Positions 26,102-35,031 are shown, counted from the first letter of the stretch. The stretch: DNA of 64,000 bases from Victivallales bacterium (GCA_016285345.1 JAEEQN010000011.1:7448-71447), one strand, 5' to 3'. A program made the numbers and translations. The notes: generated by a model from the letters alone, not told the origin.

Positions 26102-26593
26102 TCAGGCCTCCTTCCCGTTTTTGCCGAGAACGTCCTCGGCGTAGTTGCAGATCTCGAAATACAGGATGAACAGGCCGGAAACCGGGATCGGCAGATACAT
26201 CACGGCATCCGGGATCTGAAGCGCGGGCATCACGTTGCGGGTGACGAACATCGCTTTGTGCAGCAGGAAGCAGCCGCCGTACAGGAACGCCACGACCGTG
26301 AACACGATCGTCACGAGGTGGGCGATTGTTGCCGCGGTCTTGCGCGGGGTGTCGGTCATCATGTTCACGATGAGGTCGATGCCGAGGTGGGAACGGCTGT
26401 TGAACGCCAGGGCGATACCGAAGAAGGAGGACCAGACGAGCAGCAGGCAGGCGAGCTCCTCGGTCCAGGACACCTGCTTGCCCATGACGTAGCGGGAAAC
26501 GACGCCGAGAAGCACGTCAAGCACCAGGAGCGCCATGCTGGTTTCCAGCAGGAAACTCAGGATTTTGACCATGAAGGTATGAATCTTCCGCAT
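26102..26593 (-). CDS. dctQ: TRAP transporter small permease
   Basis: About 163 aa with 4 TM helices, positioned between dctP and dctM. TGATG overlap with the dctP stop. Confidence 0.75.
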   Translation of the reverse strand: MRKIHTFMVKILSFLLETSMALLVLDVLLGVVSRYVMGKQVSWTEELACLLLVWSSFFGIALAFNSRSHLGIDLIVNMMTDTPRKTAATIAHLVTIVFTVVAFLYGGCFLLHKAMFVTRNVMPALQIPDAVMYLPIPVSGLFILYFEICNYAEDVLGKNGKEA

Positions 26594-27621
26594 CACTCGA
26601 CCTCCCGGATGCGCTTCGCGAGGTCCTGAAGTTCGGCCGGGAACGCATCGTAGATCGGTTTGGAAAGCTCGATGAACGGCGCGCGGTCGACCTTGATGAA
26701 CTCGACGCCAGCTTCACGCGCGATCTGTTCGTTGAGGACCTCGGATTCGCGCCACGCCTGACGCTGGAACACGTTCGCATCGGCGGCGGCCTGTTCGATC
26801 CAGCCCTTTTGTTCGGCGGTAAGCTCGTCCCATATCTTCTTGCTCATCACGAGCACGTCCGGCACGCGCTGGTGCTCCGTGAAGGTGAAGTATTTGCACA
26901 CCTCGAAATGGCGACCGGTCACGAAGCTCGGGATATTGTTTTCGGCGGCGTCCACGGTGCCCTGAGAAAGAGCCGTGTAGAGTTCGCCCCATGAGATCGG
27001 GGTCGGGGAAGCGCCCAACGCCTCCATCGACTGCATGGCGATGGAACTCTTCTGCGTGCGGATCTTCAGGCCCTTCATGTCTTCGGCGGAACGAACCGGC
27101 TTCTTCGTGGTGTACAGGCTGCGCGCGCCGGCGTCGAAATAGCAGATGCCCATCAGGCCGTCGATCTTCCGCAGGAGAGACTTGCCGATCTCGCCGTTCA
27201 TCACCGCCCAGAAATGCTCCGAATCGCGGAACAGGAACGGCGCGCCGACGACCTGGAATTCCGGCACGGAACCGTCAAGCACGGCGGCGGAGCATTTCGC
27301 GAACTCGATCTGCGCGTTCTGCGCCTGCTTGAAGCATTCGTCCTCGGAACCGATCATCCCGCTCGGATAAATCTGGAGTTCCATCGTGCCGGCGGAAAGC
27401 TCGCGGAGGCGTTCCGACATGTGGAGCATCGCCTGATGCACCGGGTGATCGGCGGAGAGGCCGTGCCCGAGGCGGAGCACGCGGATGTTGCCGGAGGTCT
27501 TGGCGGACCGGACCGTGAACGCGCAGATGGCCGTGGCGATAAAGCACGTCGTCAGGATGTTGAGGATCAACCAGGAGATGGGATTGGAAAACGTCTTGCG
27601 GGTCTTTTGAAGTTCAGACAT
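26593..27621 (-). CDS. dctP: TRAP transporter solute-binding protein
   Basis: MSELQKTRK, then a TM/signal anchor, then LRLGHGLSADHPVHQAMLHMSERLRELSAGTMELQIYPSG. The substrate is unknown. Confidence 0.85.
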   Translation of the reverse strand: MSELQKTRKTFSNPISWLILNILTTCFIATAICAFTVRSAKTSGNIRVLRLGHGLSADHPVHQAMLHMSERLRELSAGTMELQIYPSGMIGSEDECFKQAQNAQIEFAKCSAAVLDGSVPEFQVVGAPFLFRDSEHFWAVMNGEIGKSLLRKIDGLMGICYFDAGARSLYTTKKPVRSAEDMKGLKIRTQKSSIAMQSMEALGASPTPISWGELYTALSQGTVDAAENNIPSFVTGRHFEVCKYFTFTEHQRVPDVLVMSKKIWDELTAEQKGWIEQAAADANVFQRQAWRESEVLNEQIAREAGVEFIKVDRAPFIELSKPIYDAFPAELQDLAKRIREVE

Positions 27622-27801
27622 AGCGGAAAATCTTGTCCTTTCGTGATATGTAAGGTGAAAAAATGACAGAAATGAATTGTTATATTTTAGCATAAAAACT
27701 GAAAAAATCAAGCAGAAACGTGCGCGCGGGAGCAAATAAATAAAAGAAAAGCCGCTCCCCCGGTGAAGAGAGAGCGGCAGGAACTAGCACTGATTGAAAA
27801 A

Positions 27802-28776
27802 TCAATCGAAGGCGTGGTGGGCGGAACCGAGCACGTTGATGACTTTGTGCTTGTAAAGTTCCTTGAGCATATCGCGGGCCGGGCCGAGATACTTGCGGGG
27901 GTCGAATTCCGCAGGCTTTTCCATCAGGACCTTGCGGACGCCGGCGGTCATGGCGAGACGGCCGTCGGAGTCGATGTTGATCTTGCAGACGGCGGACTTG
28001 GAAGCTTCGCGGAGCTGGTCTTCGCCGATGCCGATGGCGTCCTTCAGCTGGCCGCCGTACTGGTTGATCATCTGCACGTATTCCTGCGGAACGGAGGAAG
28101 AGCCGTGGAGGACGATCGGGAATCCGGGGATGCGCTCTTCGATCTGCTTGAGGATGTCGAGGCGGATGCGGGGATCCGTGCCCGGTTTGAACTTGTAGGC
28201 GCCGTGGCTGGTGCCGATGGAGATGGCGAGGGAGTCGACGCCGGTACCGTTCAGGAAGGCCTGGACTTCTTCCGGACGCGTGTAGGTGTGCTGTTCGGCC
28301 TTGACTTCGTCTTCGACGCCGGCGAGAACGCCGAGTTCGCCTTCGACCGTCACGTCGAACTGGTGCGCGTATTCGACGACCTTCTTGGTCAGGGCGACGT
28401 TGTCGTCGAAGGACTTGGAGGAACCGTCGATCATGACGGAGGAGAAGCCGAACTCGATGCAGCTCTGGCAGAGTTCGAAGGAATCGCCGTGGTCAAGGTG
28501 GAGGGCGATCGGGATCACCTTGCCGCCGCCGATTTCACGGGCGTACTCGACCGCGCCCTGCGCGAGGTAGCGGAGGAGGGTCTGGTTGGCGTAGTTGCGG
28601 GCGCCCTTGGAGACCTGAAGGATCACAGGGGATTCTTCTTCGGAGCAGGCGGCGATAATCGCCTGGAGCTGTTCCATGTTGTTGAAGTTGAATGCGGGGA
28701 TCGCATAGTGGCCGGCCATCGCCTTTTTGAACATGTCGCGGGTGTTGACCAGTCCGAGATCTTTGTAGTTGACCAT
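27802..28776 (-). CDS. fba: Fructose-bisphosphate aldolase, class II
   Basis: AIPAFNFNNMEQLQAIIAA, ALHLDHG, SVMIDGS and ISIGTSHGAYKF. Confidence 0.93.
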   Translation of the reverse strand: MVNYKDLGLVNTRDMFKKAMAGHYAIPAFNFNNMEQLQAIIAACSEEESPVILQVSKGARNYANQTLLRYLAQGAVEYAREIGGGKVIPIALHLDHGDSFELCQSCIEFGFSSVMIDGSSKSFDDNVALTKKVVEYAHQFDVTVEGELGVLAGVEDEVKAEQHTYTRPEEVQAFLNGTGVDSLAISIGTSHGAYKFKPGTDPRIRLDILKQIEERIPGFPIVLHGSSSVPQEYVQMINQYGGQLKDAIGIGEDQLREASKSAVCKINIDSDGRLAMTAGVRKVLMEKPAEFDPRKYLGPARDMLKELYKHKVINVLGSAHHAFD

Positions 28777-28823
28777 ACGGTTGTCCTTTCCTATGATTAG
28801 GGTTGAAAGAAATGCATCATATC

Positions 28824-28852
28824 AATATAGCACCGCACGGGAGAAAAAGCAA
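28824..28852 (-). promoter_or_regulatory. Sigma70-like promoter for fba (TTGCTT-17-TATATT on the minus strand)
   Basis: -10 is the rc of 28824-28829 and -35 is the rc of 28847-28852, about 50 nt upstream of the fba ATG. Confidence 0.5.
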
Positions 28853-28995
28853 TCTTTTTTTCCGGAAAAATACTTTTTGCGCCCGATTCTTTTTCTTAAA
28901 ATGCATTCTCACGTTTCCAGATAGGGGGTTGCGGATGGGGACGCAACGATGCCGTATGACTGAAGCCCCCTGTGATATCGGCATAAGGACGGGAA

Positions 28996-29057
28996 AACCT
29001 ACAAGTTTCAGTTAAATGGTATTCGATTTAACTGAAACTTGCGTGTGTGCGCGGGAA
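28996..29057. repeat. 62-bp repeat, copy 1, containing a perfect 40-nt hairpin (16-bp stem, 8-nt loop)
   Basis: Hairpin at 29002-29041: CAAGTTTCAGTTAAAT-ggtattcg-ATTTAACTGAAACTTG. Differs from copy 2 at one position. Confidence 0.95.
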
Positions 29058-29188
29058 CAATCCTGTCTTCTCTTCCTGAGGGGGGAAGAATACGAAAAAA
29101 CGGAAAAGCCAGCTGTCTGGGGCGAAGAAGGACATGATCAGCTTCATCCCGGTTGTTCTTTGATGAAGAAGAAAGGAGAGAGTCGGCT

Positions 29189-29250
29189 AACCTACAAGTT
29201 TCAGTTAAATGGTATTCGATTTAACTGAAACTTGCGCGTGTGCGCGGGAA
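29189..29250. repeat. 62-bp repeat, copy 2 (193 bp downstream of copy 1)
   Basis: aacctacaagtttcagttaaatggtattcgatttaactgaaacttgcgCgtgtgcgcgggaa; hairpin at 29195-29234. Confidence 0.95.
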
Positions 29251-29293
29251 AACGTCTTTTTCAGATGCCCTGTTCTATCAGGAAACAAGCGGT

Positions 29294-30223
29294 TCAGTCG
29301 TCCAGCGGAAGCCCCATCGCCTTTCTCGCCGTCCGGAAATGCATCTTCGCGAATTTTCGCAGGAGAGGTTCACCGCCAGAAAGGAAAAGCTGTTTTGCGG
29401 TTTTGTCGACCTGCGCACCCGCCCCCTTCGGCAGCGGACATCCGGCCTCCTCTTCGAGTTTCGCCAGACGCCGTACGAACTCCGCACGAGCCAGAATGGA
29501 TGCCGCGGCAACAGCGACGTCGCGTTCGCCGCGCGGGAACTGTTCCAGCCGGACCGCGCGTCCGTTTTTGAGGAGGGCATTTTCCACAAGACGCTTGTCG
29601 CCGAACTGGTCGGAGATCACGTGGCGGCATTCGGGCGCGAATTTGAGCATATTTTCAAGAGCGCGGGCATGTCCCCAGGCAAGGAAGCGGTTGAGGTTGC
29701 CGATATTCTCATAGGTACGGTTGTACGCCTCCGGGCCGATGACCACGACGCCGAACTTGCCGTGTACCGCGGTCTTGACCTTCTCGGCGAGCGCGGCGAT
29801 CTTCGTGTCATCCTTGATCGCCTTGGAGTCCCGTACGCCCGCCTTCGTCAGCGCGTCCGCCGTCTCGCGGTCCGCCACAAACACGCATGCCACGACCAGC
29901 GGTCCGAAGAAATCCCCCTTGCCGCTCTCGTCGATGCCCGCATGCGGGTCCTTGAACTCCAGCAGCGGCGGCGGTTCCGATTCGTCCTGCGTCAGCCCGA
30001 TCAGCGGCTCCAGCACGAATTCGACGAAATCCTGCGTACCGGCGCCCTGCACCACGAGCTTGCCGGACCGGTACGCCGCCACCTGCGTTTTCTCCCGCGC
30101 GGCTTTGAAGATCATGTGCGCCCCGTCGGAAAACTCCCACGCGGGAATCGTCTCAAGTTTGGCCCGAAGTGCGTTCATCTGATCTGGCGTCAGGGTCGCG
30201 ACGAAACAAGTCTTACCATTCAC
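29294..30223 (-). CDS. rnhC: Ribonuclease HIII
   Basis: 309 aa. N-terminal TBP-like domain (AAYRSGKLVVQGAG) plus an RNase HII/HIII core (HAGIDESGKGDFFGPLVVA). GTG start. Confidence 0.8.
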   Translation of the reverse strand: MNGKTCFVATLTPDQMNALRAKLETIPAWEFSDGAHMIFKAAREKTQVAAYRSGKLVVQGAGTQDFVEFVLEPLIGLTQDESEPPPLLEFKDPHAGIDESGKGDFFGPLVVACVFVADRETADALTKAGVRDSKAIKDDTKIAALAEKVKTAVHGKFGVVVIGPEAYNRTYENIGNLNRFLAWGHARALENMLKFAPECRHVISDQFGDKRLVENALLKNGRAVRLEQFPRGERDVAVAAASILARAEFVRRLAKLEEEAGCPLPKGAGAQVDKTAKQLFLSGGEPLLRKFAKMHFRTARKAMGLPLDD

Positions 30224-30313
30224 GGCAGTATCCTTTTTAGGTAGAAAAAAGGCAAAGAAAGACGGAAACAGGCATTTTTTTCAAAAAAAAAGCCAAAACT
30301 TTTCTATTATAGC

Positions 30314-30342
30314 TTGAAAACTCGCAAGAATCAAGTTAAAGT
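30314..30342 (+). promoter_or_regulatory. Sigma70-like promoter (TTGAAA-17-TAAAGT)
   Basis: Hexamers at 30314-30319 and 30337-30342, upstream of the 30430 start. Confidence 0.4.
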
Positions 30343-30429
30343 ATGAATGTTTCCCGAGTTTTTTCGGAAAAAGGCCCGGGAAATGCACGATCCTCACGAT
30401 TCATGAACCGCATATAAGGAATAACGACG

Positions 30430-32373
30430 ATGAAGAACACTACATGGGTTTTTGGAAGCATGTTCGCCGCAGGCTGCATGCTGTTGTCCGTCCCCGTGGC
30501 CGCTCAGGGCAACTTCCCGCAGGGAATGCAGGGCATGCCGGGCGGAATGGGACGCGCCCCCGGGTTCCCGCAGCAGGCAGGCGCACCCGGATTCCCGCAA
30601 CAGGCAGGCGCTCCAGGAACAGCCAATCCGGCAGCAGGAGCAAAGCCCGCGACAGCAACGAATTCCGCGACGAAGAACACGAATACCGCGAAGAACGAGA
30701 AGGCCGCGCTCGAGGCCGCGAAATACCAGCTTTCCAACCACCGCACCGACCTCATCAAGACCACGATCGACGGTTATGCAGCTTCCGAGGACCTCACCGA
30801 TCCGGCCACCGTCCGCGCCATCAACGCGGATATAGAAAAGCACATGACGCTCATTCCGTCCGTCCCTCTCGAAAATCCCGACCTGCAGGAACTGAACAGA
30901 CGGGCAAAGGATCTTGTCGATCTGGAATTCGGCGTTGACGACAAGAAAGCCCGCGAACTCCTGAGCGCCGATGCGGAGAAAGAGATTCCCCTCTACAAGG
31001 TCGGCGACAAGGTCGTAGTGAACTATAACATGGGGCCGAAGCACTTCTCCGTCAAGGGTACGCTCTACCGCGTCGGCGACAAAGCCATCACGGTCGAGGA
31101 CAAGATCATCAACCTCGTCGACCTCAACGACGAGACCCGCGCGAAGTTCGATCCGCAGAGGAACAAATACATGCGCACCCAGTTTATCGAAAAGCGGCTC
31201 CAGATGATCGCCCGTGAAAAGAACGACAAGCTCAACGCCATCTACGACAGGCTCAAAGGCGAGATTTTCAAACGCAACGAGACCGCGGGCTACATCTACG
31301 ATCCGCAGACCGGCGAGTGGGCCAATGCGCAGATGATCTCGAAGAACTACATCGACCGCCTCGTGAAGGATAAAGCGAAACAGCCAAAGCCGAAAACGAC
31401 CGCCCAGACCAGGCCCGACGATGGTTTTGACGACTTCGAAGACAACGGGCAGAGTACTTCCGCGGCGGATACCGCCGATAGCGGCACGAAGCCCGATGCC
31501 GCACAGACCGCCGCGGTCATCCCGGTCAACGATGCGATCAAGCTCGCGGACAATGCGGAATCCCGGGCGAAATACGAGGCCGTCATCGCCAAGGCGGAAA
31601 ACCAGCAGAAGGACGCCAATGAGAACTACGCCGGCATCGACGCCGACTGCGGTTATAAGAAAGCCTGCTGGGGATTCAACATCGCCGATACCCGCTATGC
31701 GCTCTGGCATGAACCTGAATTCCCGCATATCACCCCGGCTCTCGGACGCGACGTCATCAACTTCCCGCCCGAAGGACTGGACGTCGGCATCGCGGGTGAA
31801 CCCGGTACCATCGAACTCGTATACGTCTCCAACAGCCTCTCCAAGGTCGTTTACATGATGAAGGACTGCTCCAGACAGGATTTCATCCGCTTCAAAGACT
31901 CCCTCACTGAGCAGTACGGCCCCGCGGCGGAAGAACGCGGCGCGAACGCTGCGGCGTTTGCCAACATTTTCACAGGAAAGACCCAGCCGCAGCAGATTGC
32001 CGACGCGGACGAGGTCGAAGCTGCGCAGGCTGCCGTGAAGGATGCCGAAAAGGCGTTCAACAAGGCTGTGGCCGAACTGAAGAACGCGAACGACGACAAC
32101 CGCGACGAGCTTCAGGAAGCCCGTGATCAGGCCGCTTCCGCGCTGAAAGAAGCCAATGCGAAAGCCGAAGAATTCGAGAATGCCGTCACTGCCGACAAAC
32201 TCCCGTATGTCTTCTCCCGCATCAAGCTCGCGAAGGACGGCGCCGGAAATACCGTGCTCCCATACACGTTCAACTGGAAAGGACAGAACGTCGCCGGCAC
32301 GCTTATCTTCTACTATGACAAGGCGAAGGACAAAGTCACCAGCATTGTTTTCGCCAAGGAATACAAGAAGTAA
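30430..32373 (+). CDS. Secreted hypothetical protein (signal peptide, P/G/Q-rich repeat, helical regions)
   Basis: Signal peptide MKNTTWVFGSMFAAGCMLLSVPVAAQG, duplicated GFPQQAGAP, 647 aa, no recognised domain. Confidence 0.6.
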   Translation: MKNTTWVFGSMFAAGCMLLSVPVAAQGNFPQGMQGMPGGMGRAPGFPQQAGAPGFPQQAGAPGTANPAAGAKPATATNSATKNTNTAKNEKAALEAAKYQLSNHRTDLIKTTIDGYAASEDLTDPATVRAINADIEKHMTLIPSVPLENPDLQELNRRAKDLVDLEFGVDDKKARELLSADAEKEIPLYKVGDKVVVNYNMGPKHFSVKGTLYRVGDKAITVEDKIINLVDLNDETRAKFDPQRNKYMRTQFIEKRLQMIAREKNDKLNAIYDRLKGEIFKRNETAGYIYDPQTGEWANAQMISKNYIDRLVKDKAKQPKPKTTAQTRPDDGFDDFEDNGQSTSAADTADSGTKPDAAQTAAVIPVNDAIKLADNAESRAKYEAVIAKAENQQKDANENYAGIDADCGYKKACWGFNIADTRYALWHEPEFPHITPALGRDVINFPPEGLDVGIAGEPGTIELVYVSNSLSKVVYMMKDCSRQDFIRFKDSLTEQYGPAAEERGANAAAFANIFTGKTQPQQIADADEVEAAQAAVKDAEKAFNKAVAELKNANDDNRDELQEARDQAASALKEANAKAEEFENAVTADKLPYVFSRIKLAKDGAGNTVLPYTFNWKGQNVAGTLIFYYDKAKDKVTSIVFAKEYKK

Positions 32374-32403
32374 TCCTCCGATCATTCAGATGATCCCGAT
32401 CCG

Positions 32404-32434
32404 GACGGGCCGCTAAGGCCCGCCCGTTTTTTTT
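32404..32434 (+). terminator. Rho-independent terminator
   Basis: GC-rich stem (ACGGGCC...GGCCCGcCCGT) followed by TTTTTTTT at 32427-32434. Confidence 0.6.
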
Positions 32435-32575
32435 GTCTTTGTTTCCATGTAATACGAGACAAAAAACTTGTCATTCATAATCGTTTGATTTTTAACTGGA
32501 TTATACAAAACATGCGTCCGTTTTTTCCTGTTCAGCCCCTTTTTTGAGAGATCAGCTCAAAAAAAAGGAGGGACC

Positions 32576-33202
32576 ATGGGCTTGCCCCAAAAGAACAAGA
32601 AAACGAAACCGCCTTCCCAGTTCGGACGCCTCCCGTTCCGGCTCCGTTACCGGATCGCATGCCTGCTTCTGGAAGGCGCGACAAGTCAGGCCGTGCTCGC
32701 CAATCCCGAGGTCGCGGGAACGCTGAACGTGCTCGGACTGACTTTGACTGCCGCGGCTGTTACGCGATTCAGGACCACGCGCGAGTTCAAGACCATTGCC
32801 GGGGAACGGGAGAAGGTGCATCTGGCATACGAGGAAGTCCGGCTGTCCGCAGCGCTGCTCCGCGACTGCGAGGCGACAAGCGCGATAGCGGAGGAACTCA
32901 AAATCGACCTGCTGAAGCTCGTCCGCGAATGCACCGACGCCACGACCGACGATCCGAAGACGATCGAACGCCTCGTCCGCTCGGCCGTCACGCTTTCGAA
33001 ATCCGTCTCGGACGGACAGAACACCGTCCTGCGGAAACGCGTCGCCGCGCTGTCCGAAGAGAATGTCCGTCTGCGCGAAGCGCTCGAACGCGCCCGGATG
33101 CAGTACAACGAACTGCTCGACCGCCGCCGGGACGAATGGTCCCGCGTGGACGGAGCCGAGGTCGCCGACCGCCTGTCCTCGATCCTCGGCATCAAACCGT
33201 AA
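32576..33202 (+). CDS. Mu gp27-like (DUF3486-like) putative small terminase / DNA-binding protein
   Basis: N-terminal ...FGRLPFRLRYRIACLLLEGATSQAVLANPEV...LTLTAAAVTRF (HTH-like), then a long coiled coil (RKRVAALSEENVRLREALERARMQYNELL). Assignment made by architecture. Confidence 0.4.
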   Translation: MGLPQKNKKTKPPSQFGRLPFRLRYRIACLLLEGATSQAVLANPEVAGTLNVLGLTLTAAAVTRFRTTREFKTIAGEREKVHLAYEEVRLSAALLRDCEATSAIAEELKIDLLKLVRECTDATTDDPKTIERLVRSAVTLSKSVSDGQNTVLRKRVAALSEENVRLREALERARMQYNELLDRRRDEWSRVDGAEVADRLSSILGIKP

Positions 33203-33243
33203 TAACCATGTTTCACTAACCTCAACCTATAAGGAATCCGAAC

Positions 33244-34476
33244 ATGAAACTGAATCATTCCGACCGGACCGCCGCACGGAACGGCGGCATGCCCGCAGCG
33301 GGCCGCTGGATCGCCGCCGAACCAAACGACCGCTCCCGCTGGCTCCAGACCTCCGAATACACGCCCGTGAACGTCTCGCGCATCCTGGAGGCCGCAAACG
33401 AGGGCGACATCGCGGAACTCGCCGTGGCAGCGCGCGAGATACAGGAACGCAACTGGGAAGTCATCCTGGCGATGCAGGTACGGAAAAGCGCACTGACCGG
33501 CCTCGACTGGGGCATTGAACCGGGCGACGGCCGCCCGGCCTCGAAAGAAGCTGCAAAAGCGTTTGAAGCCGCATTGAAAGAATGCGGCGGCGAATCCGGA
33601 CTCGTATCGTTCCACGAGCTCACGGATCATCTGATGGACGCCGTGATCGCACCTTTGTCCGCCGCGGAGATCGTCTGGGGCGCCGGGGGCTCGCTGGCGG
33701 GGTTCCGTCCCGTGGGCGCATGGCATTTCACGTTCCGCAACTCGGAAACGCCGTTGCTCGTGACGGACGACAATCACATGGGCGTCCCCCTGCCCCCGGC
33801 GAAGTTCATCGTCCACACGCACGGCGGAGCCGGCGATCCCGCGCGCGCCGGCCTCATCCGCACGCTGATCTGGTTGCACGTGTTCCAGAATTATCCGGTG
33901 AAGGACCTCGTGTCGTTCGTCGAGCGCTACGGCATGCCGTTCGTGGTGGCGAAAGTCGACCGCAGCGCGTGGGAGAACGAACGCGGCGTGATGAGGAACC
34001 TGATCCGCAGCTTCGGGCCGAACGGCGGCGGCGTGTTCACGAAGTCGACCGAACTGGAGCTTCTGCAGGCGTCGAACTCCGGCGGCGATGTCTATTTCAA
34101 GCTTCTGGAGTACACCTCGAAAGCGATCACAAAAGTCATCCTCGGCCAGCTCGCCAGCTCGTCCGAATCCGGCGGCCTTTCCGGGGGCGACGCACAGTCG
34201 CGCGTCCGCGGCGACCTGCTGGAAGCCGATGCCCGCGCGATCGAATCGACCGTCCGTGCCCAGCTCGCCGTTCCGTGGACCGAGTTCAATTTCGGCGACA
34301 CGGCGGCCGTCCCGGTCCTGCGGTTCCGCAACTCCGCGCAGGAGGACCGCGCCGTCTTCGCGGGCATCGTCGAAACGCTTCACCGTGCAGGCCTCGACGC
34401 CGATCCCGAGGAAATCTCCGCCCGGTTCGGGATTTCGCTGAAGCGTACCGAAAACGCTCCCGAGGTGCGCCCATGA
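33244..34476 (+). CDS. Phage portal protein, DUF935 (Mu gp29) family
   Basis: Blocks typical of DUF935: IQERNWEVILAMQVRKSALTGLDWGIEPG, PPAKFIVHTHG, FVERYGMPFVVAKV and AITKVILGQLASS. Confidence 0.75.
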   Translation: MKLNHSDRTAARNGGMPAAGRWIAAEPNDRSRWLQTSEYTPVNVSRILEAANEGDIAELAVAAREIQERNWEVILAMQVRKSALTGLDWGIEPGDGRPASKEAAKAFEAALKECGGESGLVSFHELTDHLMDAVIAPLSAAEIVWGAGGSLAGFRPVGAWHFTFRNSETPLLVTDDNHMGVPLPPAKFIVHTHGGAGDPARAGLIRTLIWLHVFQNYPVKDLVSFVERYGMPFVVAKVDRSAWENERGVMRNLIRSFGPNGGGVFTKSTELELLQASNSGGDVYFKLLEYTSKAITKVILGQLASSSESGGLSGGDAQSRVRGDLLEADARAIESTVRAQLAVPWTEFNFGDTAAVPVLRFRNSAQEDRAVFAGIVETLHRAGLDADPEEISARFGISLKRTENAPEVRP

Positions 34477-34949
34477 CCGCCGCCACGCTCACTGTCGCGA
34501 ACTCGCTGAAAACGCTCGTTTCCGCCACGTTTCCCGCAACCGGATTCGTGACCGCCGCCACGCCGGAAACCGCGGTCCAGGCAAGATCCCTGCCCGCCGG
34601 ACTCCGGCCGCCCTGCGTGCTCATCCTCGCGGGCGAAGGCATCCACACGGACAGCACGCTCACGCGCCGCCAGCAGTTCCACCTGATCCTGATCGACGTA
34701 CTGGCCGGAACCAACGACGCCCGCACGGCTGCCGCGCTCGGACGTTTCGACACCTTACAGGAACTCTTCCCGCCGGATGGACTGTCGTCCGGCGACGTCG
34801 TGTTCATCCCGGAGTCGTTCCGGCTGCTGGACTGCCCGGACGCCCGCGTCGCTGCGTGTCTGACAATCGCCGCGCTGTCTCCGTCGGACACATCAGGCGC
34901 AGTCTCCGGCTCGACGGCATCGGCGGGCTCCGCCACATCGCCATCCTGA
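34473..34949 (+). CDS. Small phage-derived protein, possibly neck/tail-completion-like (Mu gp37/DUF1834- or DUF3168-like)
   Basis: ATGA overlap with the portal stop. MTAATLTVANSLKTLVSATFP...PPCVLILAGEGIHTDS...QFHLILIDVLAG. The ORF-track start at 33582 is an antisense-free extension, not real. Confidence 0.35.
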   Translation: MTAATLTVANSLKTLVSATFPATGFVTAATPETAVQARSLPAGLRPPCVLILAGEGIHTDSTLTRRQQFHLILIDVLAGTNDARTAAALGRFDTLQELFPPDGLSSGDVVFIPESFRLLDCPDARVAACLTIAALSPSDTSGAVSGSTASAGSATSPS

Positions 34950-35031
34950 GCTTTTCCTCCCGCAAAAAACATAACGCACAGTTGTTTGTCCATCAAACAG
35001 CCGTGCGTTTTTTTGTATCCTCAAACAATGC

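Larger units (their letters stand above)
32576..34949 (+). mobile_element. Mu-like prophage remnant (three virion/packaging-type genes only)
   Basis: Contains a gp27/DUF3486-like gene, a DUF935 portal gene and a small neck/tail-completion-like gene. No large terminase, capsid, protease, tail, transposase or integrase is present in the window. Confidence 0.55.

Noticed and set aside
23737-26144. Long ORFs 23737..25602 (-) and 24771..26144 (+)
   Set aside because: Both overlap the MTHFR-like gene or dctM in wrong frames or strands. They are R/G/D/H-rich nonsense sequence, whereas dctM on the minus strand has a clean 12-TM permease sequence.
29002-29041. Integron attC site or dif/Xer site
   Set aside because: The hairpin contains GTTAAAT and ATTTAAC, which match GTTRRRY/RYYYAAC and the XerD-arm end. 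But their order and orientation (GTTAAAT inside-left, ATTTAAC inside-right, 8 nt apart) are the reverse of attC and dif architecture. No integrase is present.
29016-29571. ORFs 29016..29228 and 29209..29571, both starting MVFDLTETC...
   Set aside because: Both start at the ATG that sits in the hairpin loop of the duplicated element, so the shared N-terminus is a repeat artefact. The second runs antisense into rnhC. Neither has an SD or protein-like composition.
30394-34383. Long minus-strand ORFs 30394..32385 and 32686..34383
   Set aside because: Shadow frames opposite the secreted protein and the Mu-like portal genes. Neither has recognisable domains.
33582-34949. 455-aa ORF-track entry, and similar over-extended entries (36124..38313, 22975..24708, 61027..62523, 11887..12555, 13265..13984)
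   Set aside because: Only the 3' portions are genes (the 158-aa phage-like protein, murG, the MTHFR-like gene, the UPF0104 protein, trmH-like, coaB). The 5' extensions run out of frame through the preceding genes. True starts are marked by ATGA overlaps or SD sequences.
32576-34949. Intact or inducible prophage
   Set aside because: Only three phage-type genes (about 2.4 kb) are present. There is no terminase large subunit, capsid, tail, lysis, repressor, transposase or integrase, and no attachment-site repeats are visible.
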